A DNA stretch of 62,998 nt, the filler included, from Dugesia japonica (Eukaryota), in the NCBI GenBank assembly GCA_001938525.1. It is 6 parts of 6 records of this genome, joined end to end, with 100 filler letters (N's around TTAATTAATTAA, not from the genome) between each part and the next. Parts side by side here need not be neighbours in the genome. Positions count along the whole stretch, not along the records: positions 32,890 to 42,864 come from MQRL01629257.1; positions 42,965 to 52,008 come from MQRL01610199.1; 4 more parts are not named here. The stretch is one strand, 5' to 3'. A model generated the notes under the pieces. That model was not told the origin of the DNA. It ran no database searches and saw only the letters and a program-made list of their open reading frames with translations. A program made the position numbers and the translations under genes. Shown piece after piece: positions 35,121 through 49,364 of the stretch; within the stretch, counting starts at the first letter, position 1, and each line of letters starts with the position of its first letter.

Positions 35121-36611
35121 TTAATTACTGATATTTGCAGTCGCTGTTAATGGTTTCATCATACACTTTTTCTTGTGATAATTATATGAAGCGTTCCAAA
35201 AATAACCCTTGCCGCATTTTTCACAACAATATTTTGCTTGATCTGAATGCTTACCATCAAGATGTTGTTTGAGACTGATTTTCGTCATGAAACGACTTTC
35301 GCAAAAGTCGCATTCAAAAGGCTTTTCGTCTTGCAATGTGTTAGTTGGAGTTGGCGCGACTGCACCTACTGGAAGAGTTTGTGTTAACCCAACATTATCT
35401 GAATTTGATAGAACTGGAAAACTCGGTAAAGTGGGAGCACTAGTTGAATTGGGGATAAAATTAGGAATCACAGAATGAACGGAAGGACTCGTTATTCCAC
35501 CACCATTGACAGTTTGTATGTTGGAAATTAATGTGGGATTTTGCATTGATTTATAATCAATAATTTTTTGCAAAATCATTGCTCGAGCGGAAGCAATACA
35601 TGTACGCTTATGTTCATACATATCAGTTATTATAGTAGTTTTAAAACCACAAAGACATTGATCTGGAATTTGATGAGAAAATACTTTTGGAGATTGCTGG
35701 ATACGAGATTCATTATGATTAAATGAAGTACTGATAGTAGAATAATTGAAATTTGTTTTCTTTCCGTTATTAGAATCTTGTGAATCGTTTAAAGCTAATT
35801 TCCTTTTACTACATTGTTGTTTATGAGTATAAAATTGTGGAGGCCAACGAAAACGTCTACCACAATATTCACACTCGTGTCTAGGAGGAAAATGCAAATG
35901 TTTATGTTGATCAAGAAGACCTTTAGATTTAAAGTTTTTTTCACAGTGCTCACATTCATAAACTTTACCGGTTCGTTTTGGTTGATCTTGACTGTTTGGA
36001 GAAGAAGTATGTATAGATATCGGAAGACATGCTTTTTCAGAATGGGAAGAATAATCCACGTTCATAGCATTAATAGAATAGTCTGTGATAGGAGTTTCTT
36101 TACTTTCATTTTTTACAAGATTTAAAGGATTTGCGTAATCTAATGGCAAATCATCTGAATCGTCATTTTGAATTGGTGTTTGTTCAGTAGAATGTGTAAG
36201 CGGACTACGAGATTCAAATACGGGTTCTGATGGTTCTTTTTCTTCATCTTGTATACTTTCACTTTCTTCGAATTGCTGCTCATCATTGAAGCTGTTTTGT
36301 AAAAGATCTGTAGCAGCAATTGGACATATAATATAGTGTGCCAGAAAATGTGACATGCTATTAAAACACTGATTACAAGTACAAGGAAAAGTTCCACTGA
36401 GGTCATGACATTCATCAAAATGATTTTCAATTTCTTGTTGACTTGAAGACATGTATTTACATTCCGGACAGACGAATCTATTCACAGCAATAAGACTTGG
36501 TGTATTTTCCTGATTCATTGTAGTTGAGGAAGAACTAGAATTTGAATTGGTATGTTTTTCGACAGAATATTGCATAGTTGCAGAATCATTTGGTGATTCT
36601 TCTTTTACTTT
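35121..36611 (-). CDS. Zinc-finger transcription factor, large terminal exon (C2H2 + C2HC finger pairs)
   Basis: 484-aa ORF with 7 fingers, e.g. CEHC..F..K..L..H..LH-PPRHECEYCGRRF....H...C. The frame extends to a TTTAG acceptor near 36612 (KVKEESPNDSAT). Candidate first exon MTDVLNAGSRKM|GT near 38465-38500. Confidence 0.9.
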   Translation of the reverse strand, partial: KVKEESPNDSATMQYSVEKHTNSNSSSSSTTMNQENTPSLIAVNRFVCPECKYMSSSQQEIENHFDECHDLSGTFPCTCNQCFNSMSHFLAHYIICPIAATDLLQNSFNDEQQFEESESIQDEEKEPSEPVFESRSPLTHSTEQTPIQNDDSDDLPLDYANPLNLVKNESKETPITDYSINAMNVDYSSHSEKACLPISIHTSSPNSQDQPKRTGKVYECEHCEKNFKSKGLLDQHKHLHFPPRHECEYCGRRFRWPPQFYTHKQQCSKRKLALNDSQDSNNGKKTNFNYSTISTSFNHNESRIQQSPKVFSHQIPDQCLCGFKTTIITDMYEHKRTCIASARAMILQKIIDYKSMQNPTLISNIQTVNGGGITSPSVHSVIPNFIPNSTSAPTLPSFPVLSNSDNVGLTQTLPVGAVAPTPTNTLQDEKPFECDFCESRFMTKISLKQHLDGKHSDQAKYCCEKCGKGYFWNASYNYHKKKCMMKPLTATANISN

Positions 36612-38298
36612 CTAAATAATAAAAAATATTATTTTAAATATTTGAAATTTGAACATTCAAAAAATTTTTTAATTGATAGTTTAAAAAACGCAGAGTTAGT
36701 ATAAATCAAAATGTGACTATTAAGAAATCGTTTCAGGTCAGTAGTATATTAATTTAGTGGACAATAATATGATAACATTTTTGGAAAAATAATTAAAACA
36801 TGCTTTAAAAGTTGCAAATTATAGTTCTAATTATTAGAAGAAATGTAATTGTCAAGTTTATTTCATTAACTTATGAAGTTTATTTAATAACTTATAATGA
36901 TTATACTTTCTTTGTGGAACTGAATAGAGTAACTTGAGATTAGAAAATAGCAATCTGTGGGTTATAGGATAAAAATGACTTAAATTTTTGAATCTTTAGA
37001 ATTTAATATTTTTATAACTTCTGCTAATATGAACTTAACAATTACTAAAATTTTTAATTAACTATTTTATATCTGAAAATTACAGAAAATTGACTAAAAT
37101 ATTTTTTTCAAACTTTTATAAAATAATATATAAAATGTACCTGAAAGTTTTCAATAAAGTTTTTTATAACTAATATTAAAACTAGGTACTGTAAATATTA
37201 ATAAATATAATTAAATCCAAAAATACTTAATATAATTTTAATTTAATAAAATACGTATTCATATCATGATGCAATTGTAAATTGAAATCATTATAAATTC
37301 TGACTTGTTAAACCAATTTATTGATTAGAAAGAAATTTAGTAATCTGGACAAAGAGCAACTCAAATAATTATTCTATCATACTGCGTAATTATGAGTAAT
37401 CACCTAAAATAATTTTACTACAGTTAAACTACTTGAACAATTCATAAATAGTATTATTACGTAACATATTTTGAGGAAAATTCTTTCAAAATGATAAAAG
37501 ATAAAAAGTGAAAGCGAGTATACAAAAATAAATTTAATAGTATTCGTTTACTCTATTTATTTTTTATTAACTTTGTTTACTAACACACGAAGTATAAAAT
37601 AAAACAATACTGAAAGAATTTATTTTAGTCTTACTCTCCAGTAAATAACACTGATTAATACGGACAATTCGAAGAAATTTTCATAATACATGCTAGTTAT
37701 TTAACTAAGACTTAGTACTTATAAAACACCCATAGAAACTACACTCGGAGAAAAACAGTGATAGTCGATTGTTAATTACACTCTCACCCAAATAATTTTA
37801 ATATAACCAAATTTCTACTTGTTAAACCCATTTTACAATTTAAAAAATCAATAAAAGTAAATTACACCAAAAAAACAATGACATTTGTAACGTAAGTTAA
37901 ATCCACATTAAATTAAAATATTGGAAAAAGAAATTTAAAAAAAATTAGTAAAATTTAACAATAAAAATTATATTTGGCATGGTCACTTCTATAGAAATCA
38001 TTTTTCTTATATAATTTAAATTCCAAATATAATTGGAATAAATTTATTTTTTCGAACTATTTATAGCTGTGTTAAGTCAACAAATCTCTCTCATTACTTT
38101 TAATTTACTAATTACTATTATAATTTTTTTTTATTTAAACACCTTAAAAGAACGGAAAGGAAATTAATAATAACACTTTATCCAAATACTCCAAGAATAA
38201 TAAAATGAGAGAAAAATCGATATCAATCACCTAATAAAAATATCAGAGATATAAATTATACATCTCAAATTAAACACATCAAATAAGCTTATCAACTA

Positions 38299-38312
38299 GT
38301 TGCCATAACAAC
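38299..38312. promoter_or_regulatory. X-box-like motif 5' of the zinc-finger exon
   Basis: GTTGCCATAACAAC fits RTHNYY-WT-RRNRAC. Confidence 0.3.
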
Positions 38313-41300
38313 TTGAATTAGTTCAAATGTAAATTTTATTTTTTTAAAATAGCATTATAATAAAGTTTGCCTGCTGATTTTGGAATGATTTTGTTTTCAA
38401 TATGGAATACACACTCATCACTTTTATAGAAACTCGGCACATGCAAACAGTAAATCATTATACCATTTTCCTACTTCCTGCATTTAATACATCAGTCATT
38501 CTGTATTTAACTGGACTGCGGCTTTTAGGAAAGAGTAATTTTGTTTAAAACAAATTTTGTAAAAGAAAATCTTATTATATCTCGAGATATCAAATAATAT
38601 AAGCAACACAAAACCTCACCGCCACATTTTCTAACACTCGACACTGCAATTTTACTACTACTTATTATGTTTTCTCTTGTATTGATAAATTATTTCACTT
38701 GGTATATATCGATAGTTTTTTATATAAACAAAAATTAAAAAATTATTTTTATCATTGGCACACAGACACGAATTGAGAAGAATAATTTATTTTTAAAACA
38801 AAACCACGGGACAAACCAAAATTTAAATGACAACACCATTGTATAAAAACCAGAATTTTTTGAAAATCTTATCACTTTTAAACCGTGTAAGCATCACATA
38901 TTATTACACAATAATCAAGGAATGAATTGGAAAAAACATTAAAGCAAAATGACCAGTTTTTCTGTCTCAGTCGGTGTGTACCACTGCTGTTGTAGTGTAA
39001 TAATACATAGTACTTGCCCAGTTAATTGGACATTTATGAATCAGCTTTCTTACAAAGGATAACTCAAAAATAGCCCAGCGCAAACGAGTCAAAATTGATG
39101 ATGGGTTATTTTTATAATACAAAGTCTTAATCTATGTTTACAATATCACATACCCGGCTTTTCAAATACATCCCTACACGTACAAATAAAATTTTTCTAC
39201 ACACAAACTACTAAAGACGGCAGCCAGGGAAACACCAGCATTTTACTATATTATTTTCGAATTTATTAAAAGTTTTCCGAAGAAAAGAGTGAAAATACAT
39301 AGACAGATTGCCGGTACACGAAGCATTAAACATTATTACATGCATACATTTAATAAAAAAGCACACAAATTCAAAACAAACAGACAAACACTTACAAACA
39401 TAATCACAACATAGAAATACACACAAGCGAAAAAATTATAATTTAACAATTTTATTTCTTTGTTATGTAAATGATACAATCATTCAAAGTGGCAATGGTA
39501 TTTTCTACAGCACACACGATTTATTTCTATCTTTAATTCGTCTTTACTAATTTGGGATTTTTTGAAATCAATGAAATAAAAATAATTATTTCCAATATTT
39601 TAATTAAATTATCAATTTGAAAATGATTTTTTTAAAATTTTTACTATCATTTAGTTACTTTTTAATTAATTAATGATTTCCGAAAAATTAAATAAAAAAG
39701 GTGATCTAAAAAATATAATTTTAAGAATTAATTTTTTTCTTATCTTGAACGCTAACCGAACTCAGCGATTAAAACTGCATCGGTACATTGATATTTTATT
39801 ACTATTCGCCTTTCAATTAGTAGTATATTGATTGTTATATTAAAATACTGTCTTATTCAAGTTTATATTAGTGTATGATTTTAATGAGTCACTTTAGTAT
39901 TTAGCATACACTGATATTTTGCAACAAAAAAGGAAATCTATGTATGACACGATTTAGATATCTCTGCAAAGTATAAATAAAAAATTTTATTATGAAACAA
40001 GCCCCTTATAAGCAGGCATACATACAAAATCTAAAACTGACTGTCAAATGTCGCTTCAACGCATTTTATAATGAATAGTCATCAATGTTTCAACCCTGTC
40101 AATTTTTCCAGTTATTTATTTAAATTTTAATGAATATAAGTGTATACAATCTGGTTATGCTTTAATTTTTTCTATTCCAAAGTTAATCCAGATTAATTTT
40201 ATAATTAATAAAGCAAAAAAATCAATAAAATTAGTGAAAGTCGTATGATTGAAATTGTGGGATGTAGTACCATTGATTTATTACTGTCCAAATGACAGTT
40301 TTAGCATGTTAGTAATTAAAAACATCTTTCAAAATAAAGAAATTATTATAAATAAACTAACTTTTTTTTATTNNNNNNNNNNNNNNNNNNNNNNNNNNNN
40401 NNNNNTTTAGTTCATTTTTAATAAATTTCTGAAACCTTACAGTATTGTGATACTGAGCAGTAAAAAATAAGTTTTTACTGAAAAAATAACTCAGATAATG
40501 ATTTTGTAATTTTATAGAAACTCAGGAACCAATAATTTTGATAAAAATGGTAACTAATATAAAAATAATGATTTAATTCAACAAATAAATTAGAACGTTA
40601 AAAAANNNNNNNNNNNNNNNNNNNNNNNNNNNNNNNNNNCAGAATGTTTTGTATAAATGTTAATGGCAATTAATGAGCCTGTGTATTGATTATCTGATTG
40701 ATTAATTTAACAATAATTTATGAGATCAATATTCTATATTCAACTATTGCTATTATCAATTATTTATTAATTATTGTCATAAAATAATTAGCATCTATAA
40801 TTTATTCATACCATACTTTTCATTTTTCAATTTTTATATATTGACGTTTGTAGCTAAATAGTCGATTTATTTTTAAAACAAAAAATAATTTTAAATCAAT
40901 ACCGTTTATTATTAAATAGATATTGCTATTTAAATTANTATTTAAATTACATTTCTCATAATTATTTTAATTATCATCATTATTATTTAATTGCATCTTT
41001 CTTAAAGAATAAAAATTTAATATTATTATTTTCGAAAAATAATAGTGATTATTTCGAATTCAGGGTTTTTGATTAAAACATTTATAAATAACATGCAATG
41101 TTTTTATAATATTTAATTACAATAATAATATTCTAGATAAAAGTCATGCGTCATTTTAAAATAGGTTATTTCCTTTTATTTATTGATAAAACAATCAAAA
41201 CAAGTACCTATTTGTGGTACACTAATAATTAAAGATACATAACAACATCGGCCAAATAAATTGCTTTAAAAAATTCATACAGTTACGACGTTGACAGTTA

Positions 41301-41485
41301 AAATGATAAATATGTTTAAGTTATTATAAATTTATCCCGTATACCTAGTATACGCCGTCAACTTAGATTAGGAAATAAATTATTTAATAAAATTATTTCT
41401 CTTAAATATTTAAATTGTAACAAACTTAATTTGTGATCAATAAAATACCTGGAAAAAATTAATAATTCAAATATAAATTTATAGT

Positions 41486-41580
41486 AAAAATTCCGAAACG
41501 CCATTTCAATATATATTTTTGTGCTACTGTCGAAACAAGTAGTACAAAAATATATATTGAAATGGTGTTTCAGAGTTTTT
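41486..41580. repeat. ~45-bp-arm palindrome (hairpin or micro-MITE)
   Basis: gaaacgccatttcaatatatatttttgtgctact ... agtagtacaaaaatatatattgaaatggtgtttc. Confidence 0.85.
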
Positions 41581-42864
41581 ATTAAAAATTAGCCGTTTTT
41601 CTTGGATTATTTAAATTTATATTAGTTTGTTAAAATTACGTTTAAATAAAAATAAGTTACATTTAACATTAGCTATAAAAAGGTCGATAATATTTACAAA
41701 ATTATTGATTATTACTACATCCTGATAATTAAATTTAAATATATTCTAAATTGATTTAAGATTTACTATTGTTTGCTCACTAANNNNNNNNNNNNNNNNN
41801 NNNNNNNNNNNNNNNNNNNNNNNNNNNNNNNNNNNNNNNNNNNNNNNNNNNNNNNNNNNNNNNNNNNNNNNNNNNNNNNNNNAAAATTAAAGAAATTATA
41901 TTTATTAATCTGTTATTTTAATATATTATTTTAAATTCAAAATATTTAGTTTAAATATTTTCATAATTGTAAAACTTTAGAAGTGTAAAAATTGTCAACC
42001 GATAAAAATAAAAATCATATCGACGGTGTAAGATATATTAGGCGTCCAAAAATGTTTTAATTTGATTTTATTTTTTTATAATTTATTTTAAAATTTGGAT
42101 TTCGAATTTTACTAAATATTGATATNNNNNNNNNNNNNNNNNNNNNNNNNNNNNNNNNNNNNNNNNNNNNNNNNNNNNNNNNNNNNNNNNNNNNNNNNNN
42201 NNNNNNNNNNNNNNNTTTTATTTAATTAGTTTGAATCGTTGTTGAGAAATAAAAAATTGCTGAAAAAACTTTGATAGTAAAAAGTTTTTACGTCGTTGAA
42301 ACGACCAAATAGTGTAATGAATAAAATTTCAATTGCAAATTCTGGTAATAATGTTGCCTTAACTAACAGAAAACAAAATAATCTTTTATAAAAAGGAATA
42401 TTTTAATTCATGCTTTTGTGCAGCTAAATTGAATATACAACAATCTTGTTTTTGTTTTGTTACATTATAAAAAGATGTTTATATATTTACTACTAATTTT
42501 AGGATATTAAAATTCATGATTATTCAAAAAATAAAGAAAATGACTTTTTGAATAAATCTTATTAATTTAATTTTTCAATAGATTTACAAAAATGAGAAAA
42601 ATTTTGAAAAAATTAAATAAAGCTAGAAAATCGATTAAGTGAATTTGTAAATTNTCCTAATCAGTGCGATAACCAACTGAATTAAACTAAATTATAATGA
42701 ATATTTCAATAACAAAATGCAAATTATCGATACTTTGGCTTACATTGTAGAATACTATACTGAATATGTTAATTACTAGAGTCAATTAAGATTTTAATTC
42801 TCTGTCGCCATTTACATTTAAATTTTAAATAAATAAACCAAAATTACTAAAATCTGCATAAGTA

Positions 42865-42964
42865 NNNNNNNNNNNNNNNNNNNNNNNNNNNNNNNNNNNN
42901 NNNNNNNNTTAATTAATTAANNNNNNNNNNNNNNNNNNNNNNNNNNNNNNNNNNNNNNNNNNNN
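42865..42964. other. Artificial scaffold spacer
   Basis: N44-TTAATTAATTAA-N44. Confidence 0.95.
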
Positions 42965-43160
42965 GCTTACTGTATTCATTGGTTTATTGTATCACATAAA
43001 TTTTAACGGCCTTACTGTGTTACATTTGTTCACTCTATTCATTGGTTTACTGAAACACACGGATTTTACTGTATCATATGGGCTCATTGTGTCACATGGT
43101 CTTACTCTGCCATCGGTTTTACTGTTTTTAATTTGATATAATCACTAGATTACTGTGTAA
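42965..43160. repeat. Degenerate minisatellite (~18-20 bp, ggtttactgtatcacat-like)
   Basis: Repeated ttactgt.tcacat units. Confidence 0.6.
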
Positions 43161-45629
43161 ATACAACTGCCGAACTTTATGAAACACTATCACTCTTTTA
43201 AGCATATTATATTTGATGAATTTTAGTGCAATTAATTCATTTTAAATAACTTAAGAAAAATTATAAATTTATGAAACTTAAGAAAATTAAGGCAATTAAT
43301 GAAAATTTAACAAATCATGATAAAATTAGTCTACATTTTAATGACGTATTTTTACATTTTAAAAAAATTGCTTATAAACTTAGTATATATTTATTAATAT
43401 TTTATGAAAATCTATAGAAATCATATAAAATCAAGTTATTTAAAAAAATTAAGACTTAAAAAATTTCATACTTAGTTTTATTAGTTTTCTTCATTTCAAT
43501 CAACTAAAATTGAACTTTTGATTCAATACTTTATTTAAAATACAAATAATTCTTCTTTGAAATTTTTCTTGCTTCTTGAACGCTTCTTTCAAAACTTGCC
43601 TTTCCCAATTTAAATTTATTAAATATAATACATTTTTTTAAGTTTATTATTATTTAAAAATATAAATAATATAAATTTTAAAACCTCAAGTAACTAGGAT
43701 AAAGAATTAGTTGGTCATTTATCATCCATCATCACCATCTGCCTGCATTTATTCTTAGACCTCTGCCTAAAACTCGTCTGTCATTCTGTTTGCACTTATA
43801 TTTGTTATGTTTATTCTTACTTCTAAAATTCAAAAATCATCATTTCAAGTAATTTTTGGAAACATTTCCTTCACTTTTATGAAACAGTTTGATTAAAATG
43901 AATAAAATAGTATACCTTATTCCTTCTCCATCTCGTTATTTTCTAACTTNATATTATAAAGATTTTATNTGATGGCTTCTATTTTAACGATATAAATATT
44001 AAAATTCAACCAAGCATGTTATACTTGCATTACCCAATCAAATTCATACATGTATACACACCTAAATTTATATCACTTGTTTGGCTTTATTCTTGTTAAT
44101 AATAATAATAATAATAATAATACTAATAAAAATAATACTAATAATGATAATAATAATAATAATAATAAATTTCGGTCTTGGTCTTAGTAATAATAATAAT
44201 GTAATTTCCACTTATGGTATCTGTTTATATTTTTATATGGTATGGCATATTCTTTACTGTAAACTTCATAAATCATTTATGAAATTAGTAAAATTAATGA
44301 AGAACTAACTAACATTAGGGTATGAATTATTGTGCTTAATGCATATTATATTGGTATAAGTCATTATTGTATGTTGTATTGAATCTAGTGTATTACTGCT
44401 TAAATTTAAGTGTTTTGTTATGAATTAATGAAAGCTAGTATATTATAATGAAAATCAGTCTATTTAAATGAAAATTTGATTATACTTTTGAGACATTAAT
44501 GCCCATTTATGAGAAGGGTGGATAGACGATGATGAGAGATGTATAGTTTGTGGGAATGGATTTATGGTAACTCTTAATAATGCAACACATAAGCTGAATA
44601 GGACTTTTAAGCAATCATTTGTATTAAGATTAAACCCATGTGTTTTAGTAAAATCATTGGATATAGTAAGCAAGTAGTATTTTATCACAGTGTAAGACCA
44701 AATCATTGGAATTGAGTAGATACTGAAAGCTAATATAATGCAGTGAACTAGTGAACCAATAATTATGTAATATTTTATCAAAACGTTTGATTGAATCAGA
44801 AAATTCAAATAAATTATTTAATGTATTGCAATAATTTATTGATATTTTAATAGTTTTAATTTATTATCAATGTAATTTTATTATTTCTTTTTGATTTTCA
44901 GTTTTTCAATGTAAATAGTTTGTAAAGTTTTTAGCGCTTATTTTTAAAAGTAAATCAAAATTTATATTACAAAAATCATTAAAATTTGAAATTTATTCAA
45001 ACAATCATAAATTTAAAATAAAATATTAAGTTTTGAAATTTAATGAAAATGAATTAAAATTTAACAGAAGAAATAAATTATTTGGAATTTTTAGCTATAG
45101 GTCCTTTGGACCATGTATAGATAACTTTTTATTCTGATTATTATGATGCAAAATTTTAATTCATGCGATTAGTTTTGACTGAGAAAATTCTAAAACATTC
45201 AGTTACAGTTCACTACTAACTGTTCAGCAGAGAACACAGCATATTTATATAATAAACCCTATATAACAAATGAAGAACTTTTAATAGTAAATTCAATCTT
45301 ATACGATAATTTTTGACTGAGAAATAAATTATTTAAATTTTTAATTAAAAACTTTGACCTTGATTTTTATATAGAAGAAAGCATTTTCAGAAGTTTTGCA
45401 TGAATATGTTCTTGATTTACTTTTTAATTCTCTATAAATGGTATTAGTTTCGAGTTGAAATCATCTAAAACACTAGAGGGAGGTAGAACCTTTTCTGAGA
45501 GAACCAAGCATATANNNNNNNNNNNNNNNNNNNNNNNNNNNNNNNNNNNNNNNNNNNNNNNNNNNNNNNNNNNNNNNNNNNAAGTTCAATTTCTTTGATA
45601 ACATATTTTTTTGAATATCATGTATCGAT

Positions 45630-45800
45630 TTCAATTATTGCGAGAATAGTTGTTGGACTTAACCACTGATCGTATTTGAGATTTCATTAAAATAAAGGCT
45701 TCGATCAAAATTTTTCTTTCTTTTTTTATATTTATTTTTTTCAATTCATAAAAAAGACAAAATGGAAATTTTAAAATACTTTCAAGAACCAAAAAAAAAT
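45630..45800 (-). repeat. Copy of the dispersed repeat family, without the ribozyme core
   Basis: caattattgcgagaatagttgttggacttaaccactgatcgt...cattaaaataaaggcttcgatcaaaa. Confidence 0.8.
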
Positions 45801-46929
45801 AAGAAATGAAATACTTTGACACAGTATTTAACTTAATGAAAAGATGTATCAACAAGATTTTATCTATTTAAAATTTTCGTATTATTTATTTCGGTTGAGA
45901 ATAAAATGAATTAATGAAATAAATAAAATTTATTTTTAAAATTTATTTCAAATTACCATAAAATCTATTTTATGAAATAAAAATAATTTTCTAAATTGAA
46001 TAGAGTAGAAACAATTAAAACACTAATTAGTATTTAAATAAATTTCAGATTTGGCAGTATTATAATGGATTAATTTCTTTTGATATTGGTAATAACAACA
46101 ATCGTGTTTCCATTAAAAACCTGGTTTATTTTTATCTATTTATTTTTATGCCATTCAACACAGTAAAACAAACCAGAGTTTCGCGAAGATCGGCGAAATT
46201 ACAAATATTTATTCTAATAAATAAGAATATTATTTAGTTTTCGAATTCAAAAAATATTTATAACTTAAAACAATAAGACAAGTCAGATACAAAAAACGAT
46301 AATTATAAAATCATCGATGCTTATTTACAGTTTTGAACAGCAGTTTTGGTAACTATTTTGAAAGAGTTGTAGCAAGGCTTTTGAAAATTTGGTTGAATAA
46401 CCGGATTCTTAATACTCAGGTTGATACACATTTTCTGTATTTAATATATTAACCATATTAAATTAAATATAAACCCCATTCAACATATTAATAACACAAA
46501 TAAATTCAGGATTTATTTAATCCGCAGTCGCAATATTCTCTTCATATTTCTGAATTCTATTTCAATATTTCAACCTTTCCAATTCCTAAACAAGTCATTA
46601 CCTGTTTACGGGATTTTTATCATAATTTCCAGGAAATTTCGTGATTTTAGGAATTAACAATTTCCTAACTCTTTAGGCAAAACTTCATAAATCCTTTTAG
46701 CTTTGGTTTCGGTGCTGCAAATAATTTATTTCATTTGGACTGGATCGTCAGTTGAATTACAAGTCATAAATTCCGTAAAAAATCTATTTAATAAATTCAA
46801 ATGTAAAACAGTAATTAAAAAAAAGTAATGTTTTTACAATATCAAACTGATATAATGTAGCATAATTCTTTTGTTACTTTTACTATAATTTAAATTATTT
46901 ATCAAGAACATTTTTGTACAATAGTAATA

Positions 46930-47260
46930 AGTTAACCAAAAAATTTCTTTCATTATTTATGATCTCCTTCCACCTTTGTACCATGTTGATGATACATTAC
47001 GCCAGAATTCACTTGGCCTATTCTCCAGAAATTTGTTGTGATACTTTTCCATATTATTCACATAGTTAAAAGTAGACACCATTTTCTTCAGCAGGGAACG
47101 AAAAATACGATAATCCTTTAGGATTGAAGAACACGGGGGTGTTGCAAAACACGCCATTATAGATCATCGAGGATAGTCTTGACATTCATTTCTGTATGTG
47201 GTCTGGCTTTATCATTGTGTAGGATGTTAAATTGCCTTATTTACTCAATGCAACTGGGAT
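46930..47260 (-). mobile_element. Mariner 3' remnant
   Basis: LHNDKARPHT; PPCSSILKDYRIFRSL (degenerate PPYSPDLAPSDY); RPSEFWRN. Confidence 0.7.
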
Positions 47261-47294
47261 ATATTTAGTTTTCTTTTAAGTTGTTACTTCTTGC

Positions 47295-47470
47295 TTACAG
47301 AAACCCGCCAAAAATGACATTTGTTTTCAATATTGTTTGACAAATCATCATGCAAATACACACAGTAGCACAGTGTGCAGAAATCATAAAGATTTATTAT
47401 AAAAACGGTAAATCGATTCAGGCTGCGTTTCGTACATTACGTAAAAATGATGGTAAATATTAGTGACATG
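47295..47470 (+). mobile_element. Tc1/mariner-superfamily transposase 5' fragment (HTH)
   Basis: MQIHTVAQCAEIIKIYYKNGKSIQAAFRTLR resembles the M..YT..QR.EIIKIYY.N..S....R.LR N-terminus. Confidence 0.55.
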
Positions 47471-48107
47471 CGGAGCTTAATAATCGTTATTTAATCGATA
47501 TTTAGTTAATCATTCAAATTTTAAATAATATAAAACTATAAAATTGTAAACATATGTGTATATTGTATAAACAACTTGTATAAAATAGAATTTTAAAACT
47601 AAATTATAAATTAAAATAACATATTCAGAACTCAGAATAATTTAGAAAATTATTGGAAAAAACATTTTTACTTTGAAACAATTTAAATATTTTTGTTATT
47701 ATGGAATAAAATCAAAAATACTTAACTAACTAGTTAACAATATACAGCATTCACATATAAAATAACCTGAAAACAAACTTTAAACAAACATGTAACAAAA
47801 TAAANATAGTTATGTTGTGTTTCTTCGTTCTCTAATGATAGTAGTGAATAGTGATAGTTGTAAACTGGAATTGTAAACAATAATTGTTCTGTTTTAATTA
47901 GATAAAAAGCGAGATAAACCTTAACTAATTTTCTTTATTTAAGTTTTTTGTATTGTTAAAATAATATATTATCAAATGCACTTGTTATTTGTCTTATTTT
48001 AATTTTTGTGGAATTTAAAAAANNNNNNNNNNNNNNNNNNNNNNNNNNNNNNNNNNNNNNNNNNNNNNNNNNNNNNNNNNNNNNNNNNNNNNNNNNNNNN
48101 NNNNNNN

Positions 48108-48155
<48 letters not shown>

Positions 48156-49100
48156 GTTCATTTAAAAAAAAACTTCTATCAAAATTTGTATTGAAATAGT
48201 ATTGATATTTTATCAATAACTAGAAAAACAACAAGAAACTTTGACCAAACCTTTTAATTTTATGTAAACTTCAAGTTGTCAACATATAAATTGATATCAT
48301 TTAAGTTTTCTTAATTGAATAAAAATAAAAATTGCGCAGATTTGCTATATTATTTCGTTTGATCAATGCAAATAGTATTATATTTTATTAGAGTACCGTC
48401 TTATAGTTGTGATTTTTTCTTAATTTAATTATGTCTTTCTTTGTGTATAAGATGCGATAATAAGAAATGTGTATCTTTTGAAAAGTTAACATAATTTGTC
48501 TTCTTATGTTGTAGATTGACCCCAGTCACCTAAAAGAATACCAANTATTTAATTGTATCAAACATTTATACCGAGTTTTTCAAGCTATGCCTTAATTAAG
48601 ATATTGAGTCTTTTAATATGTTTATTTTGAGTTCTCGTGTTTATTAATTATTTACTTGGGATAATATTTATCACTGGAAAATTAATAATAATTATGTTTT
48701 ATAATTTTTTAAAATGATTTAAGCTATAAAAATTTGTAAACAATAATAATTTACAATAATTTATAAATTATAATAGTTTATAAATTAATAAAAATTGGTA
48801 AACAAATTATTTAAATTAAATTGAAAACTTTTGATAAAATTAAAATTGGGCTGATTTACTCAATAGTATTTAATTTATATAAACGGTCTACAAATAAACA
48901 ATCACAATTTTTTTATTATGTTATATGTTATGTTATAAATAATATAAGTTTTTAATATTCTAATTTACAGTCAGTTAAAACAGTTTAATTTACAAAACAA
49001 ACAATATTGAGCCAACATTTAAAGCTGAAACTACCGTTAAGTAGAAAAGAAAAACGTTATGCAAAATTTCTTCAAAGGCAAATAACACTATTAATGAAAC

Positions 49101-49364
49101 TTTGCTAAGAAATTTTTGAGCACCCAACGCATTCAGCAAACACTTTCCCAAATGATTATTATTTGTTCCGATCGATGGAGTGGTTCTTGTGCCATACACA
49201 CTTTCAATCAATGAATGAATTCCAAAAATGGCTTGACAATTTTCTCGTCTTGACAACAGCCAGCTATTTTTCGAGATTGAATTCATTAACTGCCTGTAAA
49301 ATGGCTGAAAGTTATCAATAACCACAGCGATTACTCTGGTTGAAAGATTTGTGTCACCTTTTTC
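49101..49364 (-). CDS. Candidate isolated exon, unknown protein
   Basis: TTATTAG acceptor, open frame KGDTNLSTRVIAVVIDNFQPFYRQLMNSISK...KFLSK, then GT. GC is higher than in the flanks. Confidence 0.35.

Noticed and set aside
35269-36430. Overlapping ORFs inside the zinc-finger exon
   Set aside because: Antisense or alternate-frame shadows of the real CDS.
44464-44808. 114-aa hydrophobic ORF as a membrane protein
   Set aside because: No motif or splice support; hydrophobicity is expected from AT-rich DNA.
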